In this document: positions 1 through 11,057 of the stretch, in pieces
Layout: each line of letters opens with the position of its first letter
Position numbering within the stretch: the stretch's first letter is position 1
NCBI GenBank assembly: GCA_054661495.1
Contig: BAAFSQ010000227.1
Coordinates: forward strand, 1-16,019
Direction of reading: 5' to 3'
Source of the DNA: Zygophlyctis sp. KS116
Taxonomy: Eukaryota > Fungi > Chytridiomycota
DNA: 16,019 nucleotides
Notes under the pieces: generated by a model
Told to the model about the DNA's origin: nothing
Database searches by the model: none
The model's input: only the letters and a program-made list of their open reading frames with translations
Made by a program: the position numbers and the translations under genes

Positions 1-108
1 TTAGTGCGCAGAACCAATGTCAATCTCAAAGATCGTGCAAGAAACATCAAGCGGAAGTTACTAAAGATGGGAGCTCCCCTTGGAATTTGGGCAAATGCTT
101 GCAATTAG
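1..108 (+). CDS. 3' end (partial) of a telobox Myb/SANT-domain protein, Tbf1/TRF-like
   Basis: Frame +1 translates LVRRTNVNLKDRARNIKRKLLKMGAPLGIWANACN* (TAG 106-108). RTxVxLKD[RK]ARN matches the telobox recognition helix of fungal Tbf1 and TRF-type proteins. Absent from the ORF track because the start lies outside the window. Confidence 0.7.
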   Translation, partial: LVRRTNVNLKDRARNIKRKLLKMGAPLGIWANACN

Positions 109-159
109 TCTATCTTTTCATTTAATAATTTTTAAAAATATGTTGACGATTAACTAATT

Positions 160-1110
160 TTATTGAGACGATAATCTATTCCAAAAAGAGAATGAAAGAG
201 CCCTCTGCAGCCGGATAACATTCTTGTTATTTTGGGTATTCAAATTAACCAAACTTTCCCTTGAATTTGAAGATCGTAATGAAACTTTTGAACTTCTTCT
301 TTCCAAAGAAGAATTAATAACCATTTTAGGTTCAAATATACTAATAATTCTTTCTTTTTCTGTATTCCAGTGTTCTTTACATAGTTTGTATTCAATAGGT
401 ACATTCTGATTACCACGGAATATAACTCTACCCCTTCTAACAAAAGATTCAAAAAATGATTTAGAGCAATGTGAGCATTTTTTGCCAGAGTTGATATAGT
501 CTTGTAAATGAAGTGGTAACTTTTCTGTTGAAAGTTTATAATCTTTAATAAGCCTCGCTGACAATTCCCTCAGAGAAGGCAATATAGTAAACCCAGATTG
601 AACTACAGGATATAGAGGATTCCCTTCCAATAAAACTGTTTTTACAGACTTGAGATAAGAAAATTCAGCCGGAATTGTATAAATACAGTTATTTGATAAG
701 TTTAGTACTTCCAGCCGAGAACATTGACCAATCTCTTGTGGAATTTCTCCCAGGCAATTGTTTGATAAACTTAATTTCTTCAAATTGATCATTTTTCCTA
801 TAGATCTTGAGAGCCTTGATATCCTATTAAAGGAAAGATCTAATTCCACCAATTGAAGACAGTTGAAAAGATGTTCCGGTAAAGATTTTAACTGATTTCT
901 AGATAGATTCAATACTTTCAAGTTTATACCAAATTGAGGAAGTGATGATAGTTGATTACAGCATAATATTATAGACTGTGCCTTTAAATCCTTTGCATCT
1001 TGAGATATGGATGTGATTGATTTCGAGCACAACTTTATTGATTTTTTGTATTGAACTGTAGAGTAACTAATTGATTCTATTTCAGAAACTGCAAAGATTT
1101 TCATATTCAT
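160..1110 (-). CDS. Leucine-rich repeat protein, 316 aa, with BC-box-like and Cys-rich C-terminus (LRRC58/LRRC28-like)
   Basis: About six LxxLxLxxNxL repeats (e.g. LKVLNLSRNQL, LVELDLSFNRI, LKKLSLSNNCL, LEVLNLSNNCI) and an LEGNPL cap. These are followed by LPSLRELSAR...LPLHLQDYI...CSHC...YKLC. No intron needed. Confidence 0.85.
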   Translation of the reverse strand: MNMKIFAVSEIESISYSTVQYKKSIKLCSKSITSISQDAKDLKAQSIILCCNQLSSLPQFGINLKVLNLSRNQLKSLPEHLFNCLQLVELDLSFNRISRLSRSIGKMINLKKLSLSNNCLGEIPQEIGQCSRLEVLNLSNNCIYTIPAEFSYLKSVKTVLLEGNPLYPVVQSGFTILPSLRELSARLIKDYKLSTEKLPLHLQDYINSGKKCSHCSKSFFESFVRRGRVIFRGNQNVPIEYKLCKEHWNTEKERIISIFEPKMVINSSLERRSSKVSLRSSNSRESLVNLNTQNNKNVIRLQRALSFSFWNRLSSQ

Positions 1111-1243
1111 AATTTCTTAAGCTATAAATAGAACAATCGCAGGCCTGAAATAGTCCTTGGCGTAGTTATTTTAGATCAGTCAGCAATATGTTTGTAATTT
1201 ATTGATTCTAAAGGGTCGACTAGCGATTCAATCTTTTAAATGT

Positions 1244-1280
1244 AAGCTAATGGTCATTTCGAATTCATGACCACACGCAA
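1244..1280 (+). repeat. Diverged 37-nt copy of the Crinkler-like CDS segment 2164-2200 (paralog remnant)
   Basis: aagctaatggtcatttcgaattcatgaccacacgcaa vs aagctaatggacatttcgaattcatgataaaacgcaa, 33/37 identical by manual alignment. Encodes ANGHFEFMTTRN vs ANGHFEFMIKRN. Confidence 0.8.
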
Positions 1281-1475
1281 CAAATTATATTACAAAAGAA
1301 AAGAACTATTACAAAATATCTTGCTAATCAATGATATACATGTGAAATTTATTGATAATGCTCAAATGCCTTATGGGAATATGGAAAATAATGATTAGAA
1401 ACGTAGACAAATCGGACATGTGTGCGTGCCGCCTACTACAATTAACTATCGTGACGGTAGGGGTATGCTAACAAA

Positions 1476-2474
1476 ATGAATGAACTTGAGCCGCTTTTTG
1501 TGCAGGTGCTTTATACAGAGCCTATCCAAGTTGATCCAACTGGATGTAAAGATGTGGCTGATTTTATTGAAAAGGTCAAGATGGAAGTATCACCTCTCCT
1601 TGACGAATTTTCACTTGCCAAGTTGACTCTCCATCTCTATACTGGCACCAAGCTCAGACCAGGACTCGAAATAAGCAAACTACCTAAGCAATCGGGATTT
1701 TCGAAGGATCATAATAGCCCGCTGCTCTTAAGATGCACTGATGATGCCCTTCATGTCATCAAGAAGCCAAAAACTTCTCACCCTTCTGAAGAAAGAAAGA
1801 GAAGATGGGAAGAGCTCAATCGCATTCTTATTCAGGCTAAAATTGATGCTGATGAGAACAGTGATGAGACGGATCTCAAGGAAAGTTTTGAATATTCATT
1901 ATTGAAACGGAGAATCATTCCTCTGTATAAAAATAGTATACATCTGTATTCTCAAACTGTCAAAGCAATTCCCCAAAAAACTCTTGAGTTGTTGCATAAG
2001 CATCTCGCCATGCTTACAAGACGTTCGAGTTCGCTCATCACTAGTAATGATTCTCAACGCCTGCACTTCATTGCTCCCATTCTCGTCTATGTTTCTGACC
2101 TATTTGGACCGGAAGACTTTGTACAGATTGTTATCGAAGAAGATTTGAAGGGTGACAATGTCAAAGCTAATGGACATTTCGAATTCATGATAAAACGCAA
2201 TCAGAAAAGACTATGTTTAGTCACGGCGAAAAAGCATGATATGACGCTGGGAATGGTAAAAGATTTAGTTGGAATGGAAGTTGCTTCTGATTTGAATGGG
2301 TTGGATACTGTTTATGGGATAGTCACAAATTATGTTCAGTGGATGTTTTTGAAGAGTCATAACGATAAGATTGAAATGGATGAAGATGTTTTGCACCGTG
2401 AACATGGGATCCCAACTCTTGATTCATTGAAAAGAATCGCTGGGAAGATTTATGCTATGCTTTCAGACGAATGA
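1476..2474 (+). CDS. Crinkler (CRN)-like protein, 332 aa: CRN-type N-terminal header plus PD-(D/E)xK restriction-endonuclease-like C-terminal domain
   Basis: N-terminus DVADFIEKVKMEVSPLLDEFSLAKLTLH resembles the ubiquitin-like CRN header. C-terminal blocks RLHFIAPIL, ANGHFEF, LVTAKK..M..GM..DLVGMEV and VYGIVTNY.QW.FL resemble CRN REase-fold domains as I recall them from chytrids and oomycetes. Intronless. No database search was run. Confidence 0.75.
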   Translation: MNELEPLFVQVLYTEPIQVDPTGCKDVADFIEKVKMEVSPLLDEFSLAKLTLHLYTGTKLRPGLEISKLPKQSGFSKDHNSPLLLRCTDDALHVIKKPKTSHPSEERKRRWEELNRILIQAKIDADENSDETDLKESFEYSLLKRRIIPLYKNSIHLYSQTVKAIPQKTLELLHKHLAMLTRRSSSLITSNDSQRLHFIAPILVYVSDLFGPEDFVQIVIEEDLKGDNVKANGHFEFMIKRNQKRLCLVTAKKHDMTLGMVKDLVGMEVASDLNGLDTVYGIVTNYVQWMFLKSHNDKIEMDEDVLHREHGIPTLDSLKRIAGKIYAMLSDE

Positions 2475-2590
2475 TGAGAAATTACTTCTATTCCATCGCT
2501 TAAATAAATTGCTTTCCTAAAATTAATCATTCATTCCACTACTTTATAACTTTGATACTTGAGTGGATCGGACAAAACCACTCGCGTTCA

Positions 2591-2947
2591 ATGGAGTTAT
2601 TGGAAAAGACACTTGATCTATACTCTCTCCTCTCTGCACAGACACCCGATAATTCCAAAATCAAAAGGCTTGAATCATTATTACAGGAACAAACTCCAAA
2701 AGTATTAAATAAATCTCTAGCAGAACCAGACCCTTTTTTAGAAGAAAAGATGTCAGAGTACATGTCTCGTCTAAAAGGGAATAAAATATCGTTTACTCAA
2801 TTACTGGAAGAACTAGAAAAATTGGAAATGTTGAATCATAAACTTGAAAAATCTAAATTACTCTTAAAATCATTTCAAAGTCTTTCTCCAGATTTGAATC
2901 TAGCAAAGATCCAATTAGCAGAAAAGAAATTAAGCATCAATAATTGA
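2591..2947 (+). CDS. Short coiled-coil protein, 118 aa from first ATG, possibly HAUS1/augmin-like
   Basis: The track starts at TTG 2552, but the first in-frame ATG is 2591. C-terminal LKSFQSLSPDLNLAKIQLAEKK resembles the L[PS]PDxxLAxxxxxE motif at the HAUS1 C-terminus. It is much shorter than typical HAUS1. Confidence 0.45.
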   Translation: MELLEKTLDLYSLLSAQTPDNSKIKRLESLLQEQTPKVLNKSLAEPDPFLEEKMSEYMSRLKGNKISFTQLLEELEKLEMLNHKLEKSKLLLKSFQSLSPDLNLAKIQLAEKKLSINN

Positions 2948-2988
2948 TGCAGGTCTAGAAAATACACTAGTTTAAGTAATATTTAAAT

Positions 2989-3867
2989 TTACTCTTTTGA
3001 TTTCTTTCGTCCGATTAAATGCTGACTAATCCGTGCATTTAGAATCGAGTTTTCTTCTCTTAAAGTATTGATTGTATCATTTAATTCTTTAATTGATTTA
3101 GCAAATTCTGCAGCCATTCTAGTTTTATCTAATTCAAAATCCTTGATATTTTTCTCTAATTTCTTTATCTGAGCATTTTGAGTAGAGACCAGATTAGATT
3201 TTTGATGTATTTCTTTTGAATCTTTTTTAATCTGAGAATTAATTTTTTTAAGTTGAGAGTTCTCTTCCTTTACTGATTTTACAAGATTGTTCAAGTCTTT
3301 ATTTTTTGCTAAAAGTTCCTTTGATCTTACAGTCAGACTGTCCAGAGCATTCTTGTAATCAGCGAGAGATTTTATGATTGGCTCTAAAGCATACGCTTCT
3401 TTAAATGATTCCTTTAAATTTGAATATTCTTTATAATAGACTGAAACTTCATTTTCTAATTCAACCATTTTAGTAAATCTTAATGAATTTTTCAAAGTCT
3501 TGATTTCTTTTTGTAACTCTGCAATTCTAGAGTCTGATTCTTGTCTTGCAGGAGATATTTTCACAGTGAATGATTTAGACCATGGTTTTAGAGACTCTCC
3601 TGCAGTCACTTTTTTAGATTCTCTACATATTGTAACATTTGCTTTCTTAAGATCCGACTCTAGCGATAAGATTTTGTTCTTTGCCTGATCTAATTCATAG
3701 GCCAGAGACTCCTTATCCCTAGATTGATTCATAATTTCCGATAGCTCCTGATCGTCATTTTTTAATATTTTGTCCGGATCCAGATTCTTATTATAGAACT
3801 TTAACATTTGGATCTGCGAAAACAGTCCAAGCAGTAAAATTTTTTCTGGATTCTTATCAGTTTCCAT
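2989..3867 (-). CDS. Coiled-coil protein, 292 aa, with an IQCE-like segment
   Basis: Long K/E/L heptad-rich ORF with an ATG start. The segment EIKTLKNSLRFTKMVELENEVSVYYKEYSNLK resembles the conserved block of cilia-associated IQCE-family proteins. The CDS is confident, the family call is tentative. Confidence 0.65.
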   Translation of the reverse strand: METDKNPEKILLLGLFSQIQMLKFYNKNLDPDKILKNDDQELSEIMNQSRDKESLAYELDQAKNKILSLESDLKKANVTICRESKKVTAGESLKPWSKSFTVKISPARQESDSRIAELQKEIKTLKNSLRFTKMVELENEVSVYYKEYSNLKESFKEAYALEPIIKSLADYKNALDSLTVRSKELLAKNKDLNNLVKSVKEENSQLKKINSQIKKDSKEIHQKSNLVSTQNAQIKKLEKNIKDFELDKTRMAAEFAKSIKELNDTINTLREENSILNARISQHLIGRKKSKE

Positions 3868-4061
3868 AATATTTTATGTAATATAACATGTTTTCCGTGA
3901 CTATTTTTGAAACTTTTAGCGTATGACCCGACATCTATCCTAAAGATATAAAAGAGACCTGAGTAAGACAGATCAGGAATTCAAAATAGGAATTTAGGGC
4001 TTTTCGACGGTCAAAAAATACAAAATTAACTCAAAATACTAGCATTTTTAAATATTAAAAA
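3868..4061. promoter_or_regulatory. Divergent (bidirectional) promoter region, 194 nt, with GAATTTAGGG at 3990-3999
   Basis: Lies between two head-to-head ATGs (3867 minus, 4062 plus). Shares a 10-mer with the other short divergent spacer at 11826-11835. Confidence 0.55.
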
Positions 4062-6821
4062 ATGAATTATATCGGAAACATTATAAAAACATTTAATCAG
4101 AAATATCCATTTGTTATCAAAGAACAGGAAGAAATTCAGGATTATTCTAGTATTTGGAGACTTTTCAAGGGGAAAAAGGAAGATTTGGACATTTCTGTTT
4201 TTATTCTAGATTTAAACAAGTTTCCAGACAAGAGAGAGCTGGGAAGAAATGCTCTGAAAAGAATAAAAACTACAAGACATCCCTCTATAATCAAATTTAT
4301 AGATGGCGTAGAAACAGAATCTCAAATTATAATTGCTACAGAGCAAATTCAAATGTTATCAGAGAAATTAAAGGAAAATAATTCCAATTTTATTGTATGG
4401 GGACTATGGAAAATTGCAAATGCTTGCAAGTTTTTAAACGATCAAGGAATAGTTCATGGAAATTTGAGGATTTCATCTATTTTTTATGTGTCATCAGGTG
4501 AATGGAAGTTGAATGGATTGGAATATGCTTCATTGGTGAATGAGGACAATTCAGTCTTTAGTCTATACAGGAAAAATGACTTGTTTTTACCACAAGGTAA
4601 TTCTAGATTTTAATTCTAGAAATATTTTCTCGCTCAAGGAAAATGACGGCTACTGATATTGATGGTTATGGGTTTGGAGTTTTGATTTATCAGATTTACA
4701 ATGGAAACTTTACAAGACAGGAGGATTTGATAAATAAAGGGAAAATTCCAATTGTATTTACTATAAAATCTAATATTATAGAATTTGTTTGAACAATACA
4801 AGGCTTTTGTTCAAATAAATACTAGAAATAAATTGGATTTTGCTACTTTTATAGAAACTGCATCTAGAAAAGGAGGTTTTTTTGATAATGCAATCATCTG
4901 GACTAGTCTTTTTTTAGAGGAAATTAATATAAAGGAAGTTAGAGAAAAGGAAGAGTTTATAAGGTATTCAAAGTTTAGTTGAAAAAAAAGGACAATTTCA
5001 GAGTCTTTGAATGAATTTCCTATCGAATTTTCAAAATTCAAGGTTTTACCAGAACTTTTAAAAGCTGTGGAATACGGTGGTGCTGGGGCCAATGCTTTAA
5101 AGTCTACTCTCAAATTAGGAGCAAAGTTGAATCATGAAGAGTTTAATCATTTGATTCTTCCGACTGTTATTAATTTGTTTTCAGTTCAGGTTTGATAATC
5201 AAAAACTCAATTCTAGGACAACAATATTAAAAGTTGTTTATATGAAAATCTGGAGTCTATAATTTCATTTATTCCAGATAAAATAGTCAATGACAAACTG
5301 TTTCCTAGTCTTTCCTCTGGATTTCAAGATGAAAATCCAATAATTCGTGAACAGGCTTTAAAATCTGTTTTGCATGTTGCTCCAAAGGTATTTTTAACAT
5401 GATTAAGTCCAGCTGAACGATCGAAATATGAATACCGAACTTTTTAGGTATTTATCAAAGTTGCAAATAGACCCACAGCCGGGTATTCGTGCGGTATTCA
5501 CCAATTATAATTAATATATAGAATGCTACTATTTGCATTGGGAAATTAAGCAAACTATTTAATGCATCGGTAATATCTTACCGTATTTTTACATTTAGAC
5601 ACAAAAAAGGGTTCTTTGTCAAACATTTCTGCGGGCTCTGGGCGATCCATTTCCACCAGCTAAAATCGCTGGTCTCTTGGCATTTTCAGGTATTTATTTT
5701 TCCGAATTAATTGTAGCAACTACGGATTACTATGAGCCTGCTGACATATCATCAAAGATTTTACCTACATTTTCTGGGCTTTTGATTGATCAAGAAAAGT
5801 AATATTTCCAACAAGTAACAAATAAGGACAGTACGCGATCAGGCTTTCAAGAATATCTATACATTTCTCAAAATTCTTCAAAAGAATTCAGATTCAATGG
5901 TAAACTAAGTTATTGGAAAATTAACTTTTAGCCCGAGGTTAAGCGAGAGCCTCCTAAACAAGCTCAAGAGCTGAGAAATGCACCAAATTCAGAAGGGAAT
6001 GGCTGGGGAGACTGGGCTCTATCTACTGTTTCTGCTAAGCTAGCTGGTGCAGTCTTAGACATAGAGCATACGCAATCAAACCCACCCTCTATCGCCGCTA
6101 GAGAAATTCCTCCTCTTGGCTTACAACCAACTTCATCATTGCCAGGCCAAAACGTTGCCAAAATTAATACTATTGATAGTCATAAATTGGCGACAAATAA
6201 TGATGTGGTAAGATCCAATTCATTTGGCGGCACTTCCCCTAACATGGATATCTCTCAAAATCAATATTCTTCTTTCAATTCAGCCGCAAAGCCGCTTGTA
6301 TTGTCATCCAAGTCAAAAAATGGAGCAGATCTTGGATGGGGTGATTGGGGAAATGATCTTTTGGATGACGCAGATAAAGTAAAACCAAATGGATCATCTG
6401 GATTAGGGCCAATTCTTCAGCCAGATCGATCCAAACTTTCGAACATTTCCAAAAAGCCAAGTAGCTTAGCTACTAGTAAGGGGAGTCCGATGACTGATTG
6501 GTCTGCCGGAAATGAAGACTGGGGATGGGCAGAACCGACAGTGCCTAAGCAGGAGCAGAGGAAGCCAAGTATCAAGTCATTAAATCCAGGACCTTCAAAT
6601 ATTGTCACAGATGACTGGAATTCTGGGCCAGGAGATGATTGGAATTCATGGGCAGAGCCTACGCCATCCCCATCCCAGAAAGTAGGAACCAATGATTGGG
6701 GATCCTCCTGGTCGCCGAGTACGAATACAAGCATTTCTATTGAAAAACTTAAAGGAGAAAACAGAAAGCAAAGGTTGCAGGAGAGTAGAGAGAAAAATTC
6801 ACAATCAAGAGGGAAAAATTA

Positions 6822-6825
<4 letters not shown>
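4062..6825 (+). CDS. CEX1: SCY1-like pseudokinase with HEAT repeats (SCYL1/Cex1), 829 aa spliced, 10 introns
   Basis: Introns: 4597-4619, 4754-4781, 4964-4990, 5190-5216, 5388-5412, 5494-5521, 5570-5598, 5690-5716, 5799-5826, 5900-5931. Spliced length is 2490 nt in one frame. Motifs: KRIKTTRHPSIIKF, HGNL, GEWKLNG, PQE, DGYGFG.LIY.IYNG, DPQPGIRANATICIGKL, RALGDPFPPA, IDQEKTVRDQAF, and a Trp/Asp-rich disordered tail. Confidence 0.92.
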
Positions 6826-9016
<2,191 letters not shown>

Positions 9017-9020
<4 letters not shown>

Positions 9021-11047
9021 TCGATAAAATCTGGAAAATTTTCTGTGAGTTCTTCCAGACAACACCCATTCGCATCCACAGTCAAATGCCTAGTTTTTGC
9101 CTTCAAGTCCTTGATCAGCATATCAGTAAATCTTTTTAAATTCTTTCCTGCCTTGTAAAATATTGTATGAGGAAGATTGTAAGTCATGCAGTTTTTAGAT
9201 ATCAACGACAGATCATGCTATCTAATCAACAAAAAAAAATTACTTGAAATGTATCAATAGATCTATACTCATTATTTATGAGTTTAAATGTCATTGTGGC
9301 AAAGTCCATAGGAGAACTTATGAATTTAGGGTAATCTGGTACAATTTTTGGATTTACAGGAAGTGCGAATATTTTTTCCTTGTCATATCTAATATGAATA
9401 TAATTTAAAATACCTTTTAGCTTTTTCCAAAGATTCCTTCAAGAATTTTGACAATGGGAAAATCGCTTTTGTGGCAGATTTTAAAAGTGTAACCAAGTCG
9501 TTTAGTTTTTCTTCTTCTTTTTTATGGACCGCATTGGACAAAGAAGACATTTGTTCTAATTTCCTATGGATTGATTTTAGTTCCTATTTTAAATTTAGAA
9601 ATTCTAATTAATTTACCTTGTAATTTTTTATTTTTGTACTTTCATCAACCGCTTGTTTGGGAGATTTTGAGGCCCAAGGCTAAAAATTAAAATATATTAT
9701 AAAAACCTCTACAAGTAGTCTTTTTAGCAATGGAACTCCTCTTTTTGCATGCCTTTTTAAAGACCAATATTTACAGACATCTACAACAAAATCTTGTAAT
9801 TTTTCTATTTTTAGTGATTTACATCCCATTAATATCTTGTTAAAAACTGGATTAGTAATTAAAAATGCAGTTGTAATTGGTTTTGAGAGTTGACTTTTAG
9901 ATAATTTCTTTGAAGAACCACTAGGATCTTCATCTGAAGAGTCCAGTATCACTTGTCTTTTCCTTTTCCTTGTTGGTGTCGTGATCTGTTCTGAAATTGT
10001 CTGATTAGATTCTTGTTTTGATAGTAAATTTTCTTCAAACAATATAATTGATTCTCTTCTAGCCATTTGTAAAGCAGAATCAACATCAACTTCTGTTTTA
10101 TATTCTTGCTAATTTTTAGTATATAAAAGTATACTGGAACATGTTTGTCACAATAACACTTGAAATCATGATTATCCGCAGTCTGACCTCTCATTTTCAT
10201 ATAAAACTTTGCTTTTCTAGCACAAGTTACATGAAAAGCAGTAAAACAAGATTTGTGAGCACATTGTATACAAGCTCCATGTTTAATTTTACAAATTGAG
10301 CAAGATAATTTCCATCTTGATTTTGGAATACTGTCAATCCCTTGAATAGGTTCCATAATCGACAAATTAGAAATATGACATTCTGGAATCCAAACAGCAC
10401 ATAATAAATGACACCATTTCCCATCTACAGTCTGTTTAAAAGCCCCATTTCCATTTGGACAAAATATACAATTCACGCTCCCATTCCCAAAAACCGCACA
10501 TTTTCTACATAACCAAGATCCTTCAGGTATAAATGGAACACCATAACAATCTTGATGTACAGCCAGATTACAACCATCACAAAACACGATCGCATTAGCA
10601 TTCTCGCATTCCCCATCATCACAAACAGCGCAAGAAATATCATCAGGATAAGGAATATCTTCTTCAACTACTGGCAAATCTCGTGTCTAATAATGTTATC
10701 TAATCATCTTACTAATAAAAACCATTCTTTTTCTATTCTATCCATGATAAACTCTAGAGAGTCTGGTCCAATATCTAATTTATTCCTAGAGTTATATATT
10801 TCTAGCCAATTTTTATCTAATTTTACAAATACTTTATTCTACCTTGATCATCCATATCATATTCTACTTTATCCCATTGTATTCCTTGAAAAGATATGAG
10901 AGTCTTTCTTCTCTTTCTTGATTTTAATTGAAATAAATCAATAATTTCCCAATTAGACTCTGTCAGACATTGAATTCTAGGAATTTCTGGAATTATAAAT
11001 GATTTCTTTACAATTCCCAGACTTTTCAGCGCTAAAATCTCAGTCAT
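9017..11047 (-). CDS. NTO1: NuA3/MOZ histone acetyltransferase scaffold Nto1/BRPF (EPL1, PHD-Zn knuckle-PHD, bromodomain), 613 aa spliced, 7 introns
   Basis: Introns: 10817-10842, 10687-10712, 10109-10134, 9680-9706, 9584-9616, 9389-9413, 9218-9243. Motifs: VEYDMDDQD..WL, MDRIEKEW, CAVCDDGECENANAIVFCDGCNLAVHQDCYG, YWSLKR..KRGVPLLKRL, and bromodomain IFALPV...PDYPKFISSPMDF...NCMTYN...FYKAG. Confidence 0.92.
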
Positions 11048-11057
11048 TTTATTAGAT

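Noticed and set aside
128-139. Palindrome ATTTTTAAAAAT between convergent genes, and a similar AT inverted repeat in intron 11214-11242
   Set aside because: Low-complexity AT sequence expected by chance.
1409-1470. GC-rich patch upstream of the CRN-like gene with a CCTAC/GTAGG inverted repeat, considered as a transposon end or ncRNA
   Set aside because: Only a 5-bp stem. I found no matching terminal repeat, target-site duplication or Helitron CTRR end downstream of the gene.
9031-9038. TTTTCCAG shortly upstream of the NCL1 ATG, and an AG before the CWH41 ATG, as trans-splice acceptors
   Set aside because: No equivalent AG in the spacer before NTO1, and CAG with a pyrimidine tract is not the acceptor style of this genome. 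Unsupported without 5' end data.
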